From Candidatus Latescibacterota bacterium (lineage in GTDB: Bacteria; Latescibacterota; UBA2968; GCA-2709665), in contig OZ242180.1 in the NCBI GenBank assembly GCA_965205485.1, forward strand, positions 832,001-896,000: a stretch of DNA of 64,000 nucleotides, in the 5' to 3' direction. Both the position numbers and the translations under genes were made by a program. Below, in pieces: positions 11,057-22,059 of this stretch. Each line of letters starts with the position of its first letter. The stretch's first letter is position 1. Below the pieces are notes generated by a model that saw nothing but the letters and a program-made list of their open reading frames with translations, did not search any database and was not told the origin of the DNA.

Positions 11057-14000
11057 TCATCCATCGACGCGCAGAAATCGCAGTTCGGAATTCTCGCGTC
11101 CGAATATCAACTCGTCCTTCACTCCGTCCGGCCGGCGGACCTCCAGGCGTTCACCGTCCCATCGGCACTCGGGCGCCCCGGTTCCACGCGTATCCGGCCA
11201 GATGACCGTCAGCAATTCAACCTCGCGTCCGGCTTCAGCGGTGGCATGAAGCGCCCGGTCGGTGAGCTGCGTCATCACGCAGTCCGGAGACGCGACGCGG
11301 TCCAGCGTCACGGCAGGTCCCGCAAAGGCCAGAGACAGTCTTGTCTTGATTCCCCTGATTTCGCAACCCCGATCCGTGCTGGTGACTTCCCCGGCCGTAT
11401 GCGCCATGAACGTCACCCGGACCGGCCGGTCACTTCTTACTTCGTCCATTACGACTACGTACCGCCCGTCGACCATGACGACGTGGCGGCGTGCCCGCCC
11501 GACATCGTCTCCGAACGACCTGTCTGCTTCCGCCGCGATCGCCAGATGCCGGGACGCCTCCTCCCAATACAGAAACGTACCCGTTCCCGGGCCCTGCGGC
11601 CTGCCGTCCACCAGCGTGGTGCTGTATCCCTCCGGCGGCGTACTGTAGTCGTGGCTGCGCCGGATCAGCGGTTCTCCTCCGGCCACCACCTGGATCGCGT
11701 TCAGGTCCCGGCTCGTATGCCCGAAGCCGGGAGCGGCGTATCCGCTCTTGAACGACACGTACAGCGCCGGATCGGGCCATTCAGAAGCGAGCGCGGCCCA
11801 GCGGATCTCCTCGTAGACCCGCAGGCGCTTCAAACCCGTCATAATGGATCCCAGCAACACCGGCGCCGGCCTGTCGCCCGCGTCGGTGCGCGGCGCCGCG
11901 GGCTGATAGGGAATCCCGGGGGAACGCCAGATTACTGTATTCCAGTCGGAACGCCTGTTTTCGCCCGAGCCGCCGTACGCGTCGGCGTAGAGCGAGAAAA
12001 GGGGTTCGTCATACCGGCGCGCCAGAAGATGCAGAAAAGGCGCGGCCCCGGTGTTCATGCCGTCGTTGAATCCCGCCGGGACCCCGCGCGGCGTAAAATA
12101 GATCGGAAAATACCCCGCGTCGCGCATACCCGGCAATGAGAATACGCCGTCGTCGGCGCCCGTTGCGGACTCCATCGCCGCGCCGTGCAGAATGACCCCG
12201 CGCAGAAACACCGCCCAGTAGTTGACGGATTCCGGCCAGGACCCATCTGGCGGAAACGCGCGCATCGGCGTTCCGATGTCTTCACGTGCGATCCTGAGAA
12301 CGGCTTCCGCGTCCAGCGTTTCATCCCGGAGGCACAGCGCCAGCACGGTCGCCACGCTATCCGAAATCGGCGTCAGATTTGCGATTCTTCCCTTCCAGTA
12401 GGCCTGGTCGTTTTCCATGGCCCACAGGTACACCAGCAGCCCGTTCTCGATCAGCCGATCGTTGAAGTCCCTGCGTTCATCAGGCGGGATCAGGTCGCCC
12501 AGCCAGTCCATCGCCAGCGCGCAGTACATTGCCTTCCACATCAGGTCGGGGTCCGGGCCGTACACCCTCGGGTCTCCCCAGAGCACGTGCTCCACGAGTA
12601 TCCGGACCATCTTCCGGGCGAGCAGCCCGTACCGGTCGTCTCCCTCGATCAGATAGACCAGGGCAGCGGCCATCATCTGGTGAGGGTCCCGCTGAAACAG
12701 CGTATCCTCCGCGTGACCCTGCATCAGCAGGTCGTTCCCGGCGAGCAGGTCGTCGATTGCGATCTCGCGGATCTCCGTCGCATCGGGCGTGAGGCTGCAC
12801 TCCTTAATTGTCCCACGCCGAAGCACCTCGTCCACCTGCGCCTTCATCGTGTCATAATGCGGTTTCAAGCCCCCTTCCTTTGCCTGCGCCCGCAGCCGAT
12901 CGACGTCCCCGCGGCGCAACAGAACGCGTGGGTGCGGACTGGTACCCATGACGTTGCAGGGACACTCGATACCGGCCGTCGCGCCCATTCCGACGGGCAC
13001 GAGGCGCAGCCTGTAACGTCCCCCTGGCACTTCACCGATACATATATCAAAGTCCGTCTCGTCCGAATCCGCAACGACCCTGCCCCTGTCCAGGGTCTCG
13101 CCCGCGTCGTTCACCAGGAACGCCTGCCATCGCGTGCCCCCGAGGCCTTCCCCGGCCATCCGGAATCGGCCGCGTCCACGCTGATCGTTGCCCAGGCGCA
13201 GCGGGTCCAGGCGGATCCGCCGGGGCGGGATGAACTCGCATTGCGCTTCCGCCAGCATCGCGCCGGTGTCTGGATCGGAAACTGCAACCGCGAGGCGGTA
13301 TGGATACAGGAAGCCCCTGAACGCACCGAACATGCAGTCCAACCGCAACCGCGTTTCGCCCTCGCCGCGGGCCTGGTCCACGAAAACGGACTCGCGACCG
13401 CGGGGATCTGAAAGCGCGACGCGTACGTCCAGTGTTTCAGGCAACGTGTCCACAGGTCTGAGATTCATCACCACTTCTTTCTGTGCCAGACCCTCGTCGC
13501 GCAGGCTCAGATTCTCGATCCTCAATCGCGGACTCAACACCAGGCGGCCCAATCTGTCGGTGCGAAGCGGATCGCCGACGATCGGATACCGTACCGCCCG
13601 GCTCAGCGTGCTGACTTCCAGCCCCGGCTGGATGCGCGAAAGTCCGTTGACCACGAATCCGTCGGGCAACATCGTTGGAGGCGGGATATCCGTCCAATCC
13701 GTAAACCGCGAGACGTTCAGAGGAATCTGGAGTCCGGCCCGGGGACGAACGCCGAGCATGCCCCAGGGCAGCGTCAGACGCGCCGACCAGCCGTTGTCTT
13801 CCTGATCCGTATCGAATTTCGCCCGATCCGCGCCGTCGGGTAACCGGACCGTACCATCCGAAAGACACTCCAGCTGAAGAAGCCTGTCTTTCCCCGTCGC
13901 GATCGACACCACGACGCGGTCTTCCCCGTCTGCCCGCCGCTGGCAGGCCGCCGAAACCACCAGCGCCTCACGGGTCCAGAACGCGGAGACGCGTGTACGT

Positions 14001-14203
14001 CCCCGCGGCCGATCCAGAAGCGGGCGGGAGGGATCCATCATATTTCGCGTTCCCCGGCGCTTTGCGTACTCGAATCCGGTCAGCTTGGAACTCTGGCGGC
14101 TGTCCCAGATGTGCTTCGCAATCTCCATCCGGGCCAGTTCACCCAGCGCCGTGGATTCCCGCCCCGCGGGCCACACGTCTTTCTGGTTCAGTTCTATTTC
14201 CAT
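11057..14203 (-). CDS. Large heparinase II/III-like (alginate-lyase-like) protein with an N-terminal CBM9-like segment
   Basis: HPRVLL start of the helical domain, [13 protein letters not shown]...D.N, and beta-sandwich YVVVMDEV. N-terminal [14 protein letters not shown]...LNVSR resembles CBM9/DOMON. Confidence 0.65.
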   Translation of the reverse strand: MEIELNQKDVWPAGRESTALGELARMEIAKHIWDSRQSSKLTGFEYAKRRGTRNMMDPSRPLLDRPRGRTRVSAFWTREALVVSAACQRRADGEDRVVVSIATGKDRLLQLECLSDGTVRLPDGADRAKFDTDQEDNGWSARLTLPWGMLGVRPRAGLQIPLNVSRFTDWTDIPPPTMLPDGFVVNGLSRIQPGLEVSTLSRAVRYPIVGDPLRTDRLGRLVLSPRLRIENLSLRDEGLAQKEVVMNLRPVDTLPETLDVRVALSDPRGRESVFVDQARGEGETRLRLDCMFGAFRGFLYPYRLAVAVSDPDTGAMLAEAQCEFIPPRRIRLDPLRLGNDQRGRGRFRMAGEGLGGTRWQAFLVNDAGETLDRGRVVADSDETDFDICIGEVPGGRYRLRLVPVGMGATAGIECPCNVMGTSPHPRVLLRRGDVDRLRAQAKEGGLKPHYDTMKAQVDEVLRRGTIKECSLTPDATEIREIAIDDLLAGNDLLMQGHAEDTLFQRDPHQMMAAALVYLIEGDDRYGLLARKMVRILVEHVLWGDPRVYGPDPDLMWKAMYCALAMDWLGDLIPPDERRDFNDRLIENGLLVYLWAMENDQAYWKGRIANLTPISDSVATVLALCLRDETLDAEAVLRIAREDIGTPMRAFPPDGSWPESVNYWAVFLRGVILHGAAMESATGADDGVFSLPGMRDAGYFPIYFTPRGVPAGFNDGMNTGAAPFLHLLARRYDEPLFSLYADAYGGSGENRRSDWNTVIWRSPGIPYQPAAPRTDAGDRPAPVLLGSIMTGLKRLRVYEEIRWAALASEWPDPALYVSFKSGYAAPGFGHTSRDLNAIQVVAGGEPLIRRSHDYSTPPEGYSTTLVDGRPQGPGTGTFLYWEEASRHLAIAAEADRSFGDDVGRARRHVVMVDGRYVVVMDEVRSDRPVRVTFMAHTAGEVTSTDRGCEIRGIKTRLSLAFAGPAVTLDRVASPDCVMTQLTDRALHATAEAGREVELLTVIWPDTRGTGAPECRWDGERLEVRRPDGVKDELIFGRENSELRFLRVDG

Positions 14204-14634
14204 ATTTACGGGTCAATTTGGCCGGGTGCCCTGCGTTTCGGTTGTTTTTGGGTTCCCTATGTGCCTTCGTGTGAGCCGATTTTTGTCTGCCCGAACGCAC
14301 TGAATCCGGGAGAGGTCCCCGGACAGAACATTAACTGAATCCAATTCAATACAAAAGCGAATAGTTGAAATAGATTATATTCCGATAAGGAATAGATCGT
14401 TACTACGTGCTATGAACCCGTCGAGAGCGATCAAGGCGGATTATATATGTTTAGAATCGTGGCAAGAAGGGAAAGAGCGTAGAGGCTGGTGGCGACCCGA
14501 AAGAACGGACAACAGCGTTCTTGAAAAGAGCAAAGAAGCCGCCAGAGCAAATTTGACTCTGAAAGGCAAGCGGGAGTCCCTCAGTGGGGGAATACCTGCA
14601 AGGGGTTCGGGAGCGGTCGAACTCGGGGTGGGGT

Positions 14635-14937
14635 TTACCTGGAGCGATTCAGAGACTCGTAAACGACGTCATGTTTCCCGACAATGAGAAGGCGGCCTAT
14701 CCCGCTGCCGAGAATTTTAATGGCAACTCTATACTTCCTGTCCAACCTGATGCTGAAAACGTCATGGTAACCGGCCACCAATTTGAATCTTCTGTTTTTC
14801 CCCAATGTATTTGTTGCAAGTTCCCGGATCGTATCGGACAGGTTGTCCTGCACCTGCGGGGGCAACTTTCGGGCCTGTTTGACGAATCTCCTGCCTGGCT
14901 CCTCCAATCTGACCGGCAAATGGGGGTGACTTGCCAT
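14635..14937 (-). CDS. RelE/ParE-superfamily toxin
   Basis: 100 aa, basic. RFVKQARKLP...FKLVAGYHDVFSIRLDRKYRVAI...VGKHDVVY matches the RelE-fold pattern. Confidence 0.75.
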   Translation of the reverse strand: MASHPHLPVRLEEPGRRFVKQARKLPPQVQDNLSDTIRELATNTLGKNRRFKLVAGYHDVFSIRLDRKYRVAIKILGSGIGRLLIVGKHDVVYESLNRSR

Positions 14938-14941
14938 TCCA

Positions 14942-15442
14942 TCATTCCCACAGCTTTTTCAAGAATTCCTCCGGCGACTCGCAGACGTTTTCGGACGAAG
15001 GTTCGTTATGTGCCTCATGAACCATGACTTGCCATCGAAGGTCCTGGCACATACCTATCATCGTTTTTATGGATTCTATCAAAGTGCTCAGTGCATCTAC
15101 CTTCCTGGTGTCGGTTTCCGGTCCGGCGCTATTGAGAAGCCGGACGAACGTCTTCAGACACTTTTTCAGCATCTCTTCGGAATTTTCTAGATGCTCGACG
15201 GACGCGTCCATGTCCTCATAGGGCAACAGCTGCATTAATCTGTCGGGATTCTTAACCACCTCGTTGTAGGTGTTCTGCAGGAACGCGGTATGTCGCTTCG
15301 TATCCCTGTTCATTTCATTTATAATTTTAACAAAGGATATGTCGGCCTTTTCTCTAACGTCCCCGCTAACCCACGGGATATCAACGCTTAACATACCCTG
15401 ATTAAATGCCATAACGGTTGGCGCGAAAGCGATCCCTGCCAT
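14942..15442 (-). CDS. Putative antitoxin, helical 166-aa protein
   Basis: Lies 4 nt upstream of the toxin in a lower-GC pocket. Acidic C-terminus SPEEFLKKLWE resembles antitoxin tails. GAGGGG RBS. Confidence 0.55.
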   Translation of the reverse strand: MAGIAFAPTVMAFNQGMLSVDIPWVSGDVREKADISFVKIINEMNRDTKRHTAFLQNTYNEVVKNPDRLMQLLPYEDMDASVEHLENSEEMLKKCLKTFVRLLNSAGPETDTRKVDALSTLIESIKTMIGMCQDLRWQVMVHEAHNEPSSENVCESPEEFLKKLWE

Positions 15443-15587
15443 ATTTCCCCCTCGGTTGTCTCTTGCGCAACTTTCGAAAAATTACGTCAAGGACCCAGGG
15501 TTTGTCAAGTCCATTTGCATAAGTTCTGGGCGGTACGAGCGGCTGTAAGTAAGGTCGCGCACCGTAGTCAACATCTCTTTACAGGCG

Positions 15588-16562
15588 TCAGCCAGCCTCC
15601 GTAATCCTGTACAGCGGCTCCAGCCCATTCGCGATGCGCTCCACGTTCTCCGCGCAGGCCTCCCCGCGCCTCCTGGATGTGCCATACGTCTGTCCCGCGG
15701 TATGGGGCGTGGCGACAACGTTTGGCAACTTCATAAACGGATGGTCCTCGGGCAGCGGCTCTTCGGCGTACACATCCAGCCCGGCGCCCCGGATCCCCCC
15801 GTTCTGCAGCGCCTCGACGAGCGCGTCCTCATCCGCGATCTCCCCTCTCGCCACGTTGATCAGCACCGCCGTTGGCTTCATCGCCGCCAGCGCCTGTCTG
15901 TCGATCATGTGACGCGTTTTCGACGTCAGCGGCACGTGCAGCGACACGTAATCGGCCTGAGCGAGAACTTCCTCCAGTTCCGACGGCGCCGCGAACACCT
16001 CCACCCCCAGTTCATCCAGCCTTTCCCCGGGGATATCCACGGCATCGACGGCCGCAATCCGCATTCCCATCGCCTTCGCCCGCGCCGCCAGCGCCTGTCC
16101 GCTCGCGCCCAGCCCGACAAGCGCGAGGGTCTTCCCCTCCAGCTCCTCGCTCACCGGAAAGTAGAACACCTGCGAACGGAGATTCCGCACGTGCTCGTCG
16201 AACTGCTTTGCGAAGTAAAGCATAAGGAACATCGCGTGTTCCGCCAGCGCCACCGCGCTGAACGGGCCGGGCGTATTGGCCAGCATCAGACCTTTCTCAA
16301 GGAAATACGCCACATCCACGTGGTCCACCCCGGTTCCCAGCACCTGCCAGAGCTTCACGCGGGCAGCCAGCGCGGCGTCGATCAAAGCTCGCGTCCCCAC
16401 CGACCCTCCCTGGTCAACCACCACGTCCACGTCCTCGAACTGCCCGGCCATGGGCTTCGCGGGATCATACAGGCATACCGTATGCCCTTCCCCGATCGCC
16501 GTTCTGAAATCGTCGTACCATGGCTGGAGCATACCCGGTACGTTCAGGTACAGGACCTTCAT
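15588..16562 (-). CDS. D-isomer-specific 2-hydroxyacid dehydrogenase family protein
   Basis: GTGVDHVD, VGLGASG, HVPLT, INVARG, GLDV and TPHTAG motifs. Confidence 0.92.
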   Translation of the reverse strand: MKVLYLNVPGMLQPWYDDFRTAIGEGHTVCLYDPAKPMAGQFEDVDVVVDQGGSVGTRALIDAALAARVKLWQVLGTGVDHVDVAYFLEKGLMLANTPGPFSAVALAEHAMFLMLYFAKQFDEHVRNLRSQVFYFPVSEELEGKTLALVGLGASGQALAARAKAMGMRIAAVDAVDIPGERLDELGVEVFAAPSELEEVLAQADYVSLHVPLTSKTRHMIDRQALAAMKPTAVLINVARGEIADEDALVEALQNGGIRGAGLDVYAEEPLPEDHPFMKLPNVVATPHTAGQTYGTSRRRGEACAENVERIANGLEPLYRITEAG

Positions 16563-16846
16563 CTGATATCAACCTCCCGATTGCGTTAAGACATTCGTTA
16601 AATTGATTCTCACCACCCCCAAACGACCCCATTCGATTGACATCTCTCCTGAAGGCGGGTAGCCGGTAGACGTAAGTCATTATGTTAAAATGAAGTTGAG
16701 CCTCAGCTTGTGAGAGTATACTTTGCCGTTGTCAACAACAAACACTTTCACAAGGAGGCTCGTGATGGCAAGGTATACCGTTGAAGCGTGGGATGGCAAG
16801 GATCTTTTCGTGGGCACCGACATGCATCTCGATTGCCATACACGGT

Positions 16847-17950
16847 TTATTTCGCTGTAATCCCAAGCCCCCGAAGCAATTCGAAAACCTCATCAGGCGT
16901 TGTATCCTGGTGGGTATCCTTTTCCGTTTGGCACGCATCAAAGCGCGATTGCAATTCGCAACCGTCGATTCCACCTGCCTCACCGATAAAAACCAACTGT
17001 GTTCCCGGTTTCTCGTCGCCCCATGGCTCACCCATGATCAGACGCGCCCGTTGGCCGGCAACGTGGACGATTCCCTTGCGGCCGGGAATATCGTTGAGGT
17101 AGACAAACCCCTTGGCGCGGTAGATGGTCGCAGGCAGGTTTTTCACCGCATCACGCACGGCCCCACGTGACAGAGGTTGGTCAGTCGTATAGCGCCACGT
17201 GTTGAAAACAAGCGTATGGTCGGCATGGTGTTCGTGATGATTCACGTCAACATTGTCGTGTTCATGCGCCTCACCGTCAGCATGAACGTGAACATCCAGA
17301 CCCGATTTCCCCGAAAAGCGCTGGAGGTCGTATTTCCCGACACCGAGTACCAGATCGAGCGGAACCTTTCCATATGTAGCCTGTAGGATTCGCGCTCCCG
17401 GAACGAGATCTCTGACAAAGTCTGCCAATTCCTCCCGCTTTTCATCATTGACCAGGTCAAGCTTGTTCAGTACCAGAATATCTGCCATGGCGATCTGGTC
17501 TACCGCGAGCCGACGATGCATTTCATTCACCTGATAAATCTGCTCGGCGTCAACCACGGTCAGCACACTGTCCACTCGCGTCCGAGACTGCAATTCGGTA
17601 GCCATAAAGGTCAATGAAACCGCCACGGGGTCGGATACGCCGCTTGTTTCAACGACGATATACTCCGGCGGGTCCGGGCGTTGAATCAATTGAACCACTG
17701 CCTCAAGCAGGTCATTGCGAATCGAGCAACAGATACAACCGTTGGACAGATTGATGGTTGATTCCCCGGAGACGCCGGAGACTAACGCGGCGTCAATGTT
17801 AATCTCTCCAAAATCGTTGACCAATACCGCCACGCGCAACCCGTGGTCGGCGTTGAGAATATGGTTGAGCAGGGTGGTCTTGCCCGCGCCCAGGAAGCCG
17901 CTGATAATTGTTACTGGAACAGGTTCTTTCAAGTCTTGAATTTCAGCCAT
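16847..17950 (-). CDS. COG0523/CobW-family GTPase metallochaperone
   Basis: GFLGAGKTT, NDFGE, GCICC metal motif, ETSG, NKLD, a His-rich linker (HVH...HEH...HHEHHADH) and a CobW_C domain with YRAKG. Confidence 0.95.
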   Translation of the reverse strand: MAEIQDLKEPVPVTIISGFLGAGKTTLLNHILNADHGLRVAVLVNDFGEINIDAALVSGVSGESTINLSNGCICCSIRNDLLEAVVQLIQRPDPPEYIVVETSGVSDPVAVSLTFMATELQSRTRVDSVLTVVDAEQIYQVNEMHRRLAVDQIAMADILVLNKLDLVNDEKREELADFVRDLVPGARILQATYGKVPLDLVLGVGKYDLQRFSGKSGLDVHVHADGEAHEHDNVDVNHHEHHADHTLVFNTWRYTTDQPLSRGAVRDAVKNLPATIYRAKGFVYLNDIPGRKGIVHVAGQRARLIMGEPWGDEKPGTQLVFIGEAGGIDGCELQSRFDACQTEKDTHQDTTPDEVFELLRGLGITAK

Positions 17951-18242
17951 TGATTCCTCTGCGGCCGAATTGAGGATTGGTCAAGTCCACCAGGTGTGAC
18001 GCGATTACAGGCGGCTTTATGTTTGAGCGGCAGGGCGTGTAGCGCTGGTCTCGGGCGCCATCTGCTGGATTCTCAGCAATGATTGAATGCAATTGCGACA
18101 GGTGATCGGTCGGTCTGACAATTGATCAGCGCGACATCGCCCCAGGTGCCTGGCGAACGCTCTACTGAATGGAACCGCAGGCGGTGGACGATCCCCAGCC
18201 ACCCTGTGTTTGGGTATGCGCCCGGATTGATGACGCTACGGA

Positions 18243-19046
18243 TCATGCTTGTTCCCCCCTGGATTTACGCCGGTACGTGCGCAACTTCACATAGGCGGGG
18301 CGGATGATGAAACCCGTTATCGCCAGCACCAGGACGGCGATGCTCAGCGCGTCCACATAGATCCACTCACCCTCGGGGCCGAAGAGGGCTTTGCCGGTGT
18401 GCAGGTCCAGAACCAACTTGCTGAAGCTGACAACCTCGGGAAGGGGGGTTTCCGCCATGGTTGCGTTCACGGCGGTCAGCTCCGTCCAGGTCGCGCCCAG
18501 ATCCCCGGTAACGAAGAGACCGTTGCTGCCCTGGATGTGGACGATGCGACCATCTTCGGCAAAGGTTGCCGCCCCCCTGAAGTTGGAGATGCGCTTCCAC
18601 CGCTCCGCCTCAAAGAGCCAGGTGCTTTCCCGCGTGCCGACCAGGATGCGCTCTCCCTGTTGGTCGATGTTGAAGATGTCCAGGCCCTCCAATTCCGGAA
18701 CGCTGCGGTAATCGCTCCCACTCAGGTGAAGCAACCCTTTGCGCGTCCCGATGTACACCTCCTCATTGCCGGTAAGCAGGGCGCACTTGATCTGTCCCAA
18801 GCGACTGGCGGTGGTCTGGTAGCCGGGAAACCACCGGCTGGGCACTCCGACGCTGCCCAGGCCCCAGCCACCGAGATGCTCCAGCAGTATCGCGGTCACG
18901 CACACGAGAATCGTGAAGACCAGTGCGAAGATGGAGGTCCAGGCATGCCAACGGCGAACCCCTTTCTTGTAGCGTCCCTTCACTTGCCGGCGGCCCCTGT
19001 CCGTGCTCTCGTTCATCGATCTTGTCTCCTCAATGGACGCATTCAC
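18243..19046 (-). CDS. PepSY-associated TM-helix domain protein
   Basis: RRWHAW before TM1, DLHTG before the C-terminal TM ending AITG. Overlaps the receptor stop codon. Confidence 0.8.
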   Translation of the reverse strand: MNASIEETRSMNESTDRGRRQVKGRYKKGVRRWHAWTSIFALVFTILVCVTAILLEHLGGWGLGSVGVPSRWFPGYQTTASRLGQIKCALLTGNEEVYIGTRKGLLHLSGSDYRSVPELEGLDIFNIDQQGERILVGTRESTWLFEAERWKRISNFRGAATFAEDGRIVHIQGSNGLFVTGDLGATWTELTAVNATMAETPLPEVVSFSKLVLDLHTGKALFGPEGEWIYVDALSIAVLVLAITGFIIRPAYVKLRTYRRKSRGEQA

Positions 19047-21349
19047 AGGCTATAGCCGAGTGACAGCAGATAGTTCCTGGGCGTTCCCGGCATGATCCGG
19101 TCACGACGCCAGGCGTTCTGGTAGTACCCCACGTCGGTGAGATTCTTGACGCTCAGATCCACTCTCAGGGTCTGCAGCCGGTAGGTGACGGTGGCATCGA
19201 CCCGCACGTAGTCGTCGAGGATGAAGTCATTGTCCAGATTGCCCTGGCGCTCCCCCGTATAGATCACGCCCAGTCCCACGGCAAGGCCATTCGTATAGCG
19301 GTAGTTGCACCACACACTGGCGCTGTGTTCGGGAGTATTGTCGAGATGGTTGTCCTCCCACGCGGGGCGGTCAGCGTCCCTTTCGACGCGCGCGTCCACA
19401 TACGCGTAGCTGGCGATAGCACGCAGCTGGGGGATCGGCTGCGCGGTCAGGTCGAGATCGACGCCCCGGCTGCGCTGGCACCCAATCTGAACTCGGTAAA
19501 TGCGGTTGCGGGGATTGGTTTCGACGACATTCGTGCGCGCCAGATCGTACAGCGCCAGGGTCGCGCTCAAGCGGTTGTCGGCATCGGTCCACCGCCCTCC
19601 CACCTCAAATTGCGCCGCCAACTCGGGGTCGACCGGTCCGACCATATCGGGAGTTATCCGTGTGGCGCCGTCCTCCGGTTCATTGAGGATCTTCTCGCCC
19701 GACTTCGGTCTGAAAGAGCGGCTGTAACTGGAGTAGAGGGAGAAACCACCACCTGGCTTGCAGACGACGCCCAGGCGTGGGCTCAAACTCCCGTTACTGC
19801 GGCCGTGGGTTCTGTAGCTGCCGCGCTGATTCGTGCGTTCGTCGAAGTCGACCCCGTCATAGCGCAACCCCCCCAGCAGAACCCATTGGTCGCCGAGTTC
19901 CACCAGGTCTTGCAGATACATGCCCCAACTGGTCTCTTCGCGCTCGCGGTTGCGGAACAGGGCGAAATCCTGGGGTATGGTCAGCCCGTAGTACGGCTCC
20001 GGATCGTAGATGTCGATTTTCAGCGCATCGGCATCCGCCGCTTCCGGCGTGCCCTCGCGATGGACACGATCGCCGAGCACTTCACGCTCTTTGTAGAAGG
20101 AGAGTGCCACGCCCAACAACAGCGTATGCCGCAGAGCGCCCCGCTCCTGTTTGTAGCTCAGGTCGTGACGCATCGTCGTCTCGCGATAGAAGATCTCGTT
20201 GTCGTAAATGGCGCGATTAAGCAGGTTGGTGTCGCTGTCCGGATGTCCTGCCCCACCGGGCAAGCCAACGACACCGCCCCGCGTGGCTTCAACCGACATT
20301 TGCTCGCGATCCCAGTTGGTCTTGTAGTGGCTGAGGGCCCACGTGTGCTTCAGGCTGCGCGTCCAGTGCCGCGTAGCGCGCAGGGTGACAGCGCCGTTGC
20401 TCATGGTCTCCTTGTTGTAGAGCGGGTCTCCGTAGAAGCGATCGATGGGTACCGACGCAGGCTGATCGAGGATCGCGACGATGCCGGCATCGGCCGTTCT
20501 TTCGTCGCGCAACAACTCAAAATTCAGTTCCAGCGTTGTCGATTGAGACCAGCCCCAATAGACGGAAGGGTTGACGTACCAGCGATCCTGCTCAACGAAA
20601 TCGCGAAAACTCTCCGTTGTCAATCGAGAGCCGTACAGCCTGTAGAGCACCCTGCCCTCCCGGTCGAGCGGACCGGACGCCGAAAATCGGGGGCTCATGT
20701 GGCCGTAGCTGCCCGCGCTCAGGTACAACTGGCGCGTGGAGATTGTAGACGGCTGGGGGGTAATGGTGTTAATAATCCCCCCCGGCTCAATCGCGCCATA
20801 GAGGATGGAGGCCGGGCCCTTGAGCACCTCCACCCGTTCGAGATTGCCCGGCTCAGCGGCAAACCGATTGTAGTACGGCACTCCATTGTGGTAGTAGTTG
20901 CGCCTGGGATCCAACCGGAAGCCGCGAATGACGAAATCTTCGGAGACTGCCGAATTCGTACCGCGACTGAAAACGCCGCTCACATTTTTCAGGCCGTCCC
21001 AAAGGGTGGTGGCCTGCTGATCTTCGAGTACCTGTCTCTTGATGGTCAGAACGGATTGCGGTGTGTCTTCCAGCGGAATGGGAATCCCGAGAGCCGTGCC
21101 GCTGTGCGTGGAGGAATAGCCCGTATCGGGTTCGGCGGAGACGACCAACTCAGGCAGTGCGTACACACTCGTTTCCTGCGAGGAATAGCCCGTGTCAGGT
21201 TCGGCGGGGACGACCGCGCCAGTCTTGACTGCTTCTTGCTCGGCCCAGACGGGACTGCACAGGGCGCTGAGGATCACGGCCGCGGAAAGGGGAATGGATC
21301 GGACCCTTGAGGCGTTCGGCAGCAACGAAATCTTCCGGAATTTTTGCAT
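19043..21349 (-). CDS. TonB-dependent receptor (siderophore/metal type)
   Basis: Signal peptide, TonB-box-like ELVVSA, plug motifs DTPQSV, IRGF and LERVEVLKGPASILYG..PGGIIN, and C-terminal NLTD..Y...PGTPRNY. Confidence 0.93.
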   Translation of the reverse strand: MQKFRKISLLPNASRVRSIPLSAAVILSALCSPVWAEQEAVKTGAVVPAEPDTGYSSQETSVYALPELVVSAEPDTGYSSTHSGTALGIPIPLEDTPQSVLTIKRQVLEDQQATTLWDGLKNVSGVFSRGTNSAVSEDFVIRGFRLDPRRNYYHNGVPYYNRFAAEPGNLERVEVLKGPASILYGAIEPGGIINTITPQPSTISTRQLYLSAGSYGHMSPRFSASGPLDREGRVLYRLYGSRLTTESFRDFVEQDRWYVNPSVYWGWSQSTTLELNFELLRDERTADAGIVAILDQPASVPIDRFYGDPLYNKETMSNGAVTLRATRHWTRSLKHTWALSHYKTNWDREQMSVEATRGGVVGLPGGAGHPDSDTNLLNRAIYDNEIFYRETTMRHDLSYKQERGALRHTLLLGVALSFYKEREVLGDRVHREGTPEAADADALKIDIYDPEPYYGLTIPQDFALFRNREREETSWGMYLQDLVELGDQWVLLGGLRYDGVDFDERTNQRGSYRTHGRSNGSLSPRLGVVCKPGGGFSLYSSYSRSFRPKSGEKILNEPEDGATRITPDMVGPVDPELAAQFEVGGRWTDADNRLSATLALYDLARTNVVETNPRNRIYRVQIGCQRSRGVDLDLTAQPIPQLRAIASYAYVDARVERDADRPAWEDNHLDNTPEHSASVWCNYRYTNGLAVGLGVIYTGERQGNLDNDFILDDYVRVDATVTYRLQTLRVDLSVKNLTDVGYYQNAWRRDRIMPGTPRNYLLSLGYSL

Positions 21350-21387
21350 TTCTCCTCCTGTAGTGTGCGCAAATGCGCGTGATGTTA

Positions 21388-21409
21388 TGATAATGAGTGC
21401 TCATTATCA
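21388..21409. promoter_or_regulatory. Fur-family operator-like palindrome upstream of the TonB-dependent receptor
   Basis: TGATAATGAG-TG-CTCATTATCA has perfect 10-bp arms and lies about 40 nt upstream of the receptor start. Confidence 0.8.
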
Positions 21410-21498
21410 ATAAGTAGCCGAGGGAAGCTGCCTGCGGTCACTCCCTCAACGGTTCCCTTCGCCGTGACTTCACCCCTGCCACACGGTTCAAGCGTGTT

Positions 21499-21879
21499 TC
21501 AATTCCCCGCGCTGCAATCGCGGCATTGTCCGTAGAGCGTGATCTCGTGCTCTTCGAGCTCGAAGCCCGGCGGCGCCAGGTTCACGATACCCTCCGGGCA
21601 CCCGGGGATGTCGAACGCTTCGTCGCACTCACGACAGAGAAAATGGTGATGATGGCCCCGGTCGGTCGGCTCGTAGCGCACATCATTGACGCCCATTTCC
21701 ACGGCACGCACTTCACCGGAGTCTTGCAGGCGCCTGAGTTGCCGATAAACCGTTGCAATGCCCAGCGTCGGCACGATAGGGGACGCCAGGTCGAGGATTC
21801 CCATGGGGCGAAGTGGACCGGGGGCGTCGCGAATAACCCTCACGATGGCGCTGCGCTGGTTGGTGAGTCTGTTGCTCAT
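21499..21879 (-). CDS. Fur-family transcriptional regulator (Fur/Zur-like)
   Basis: 126 aa from MSNRLT with AAGGAGG RBS. ATVYR helix, HHHHFLCREC and C-terminal CRDC. Confidence 0.93.
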   Translation of the reverse strand: MSNRLTNQRSAIVRVIRDAPGPLRPMGILDLASPIVPTLGIATVYRQLRRLQDSGEVRAVEMGVNDVRYEPTDRGHHHHFLCRECDEAFDIPGCPEGIVNLAPPGFELEEHEITLYGQCRDCSAGN

Positions 21880-22059
21880 GTGTATGCCTCCTTTGGCCGC
21901 TTGACGCCGGTTTGGCTCGACGGTCTTCAGTCGCCTGGCTCTCAGAGCGCACACCTGATCCAAGCCCTGGTGATCGTCAGTGGCGTTAGATGAACACGCC
22001 CAACCGCCTGCAGTTGCCGCGAATTGACGGTGATTCAAGGGAGAGCACAACCCTTGAAG

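Noticed and set aside
17951..18242. Possible riboswitch or sRNA upstream of the COG0523 gene
   Set aside because: No recognisable motif or operator copy was found by eye.
21418..21485. AGGGAA...ACGGTTCCC...GCCAC stretch reminiscent of a cobalamin riboswitch
   Set aside because: It is on the wrong strand for the receptor, lies outside the probable leader, and the consensus is incomplete.
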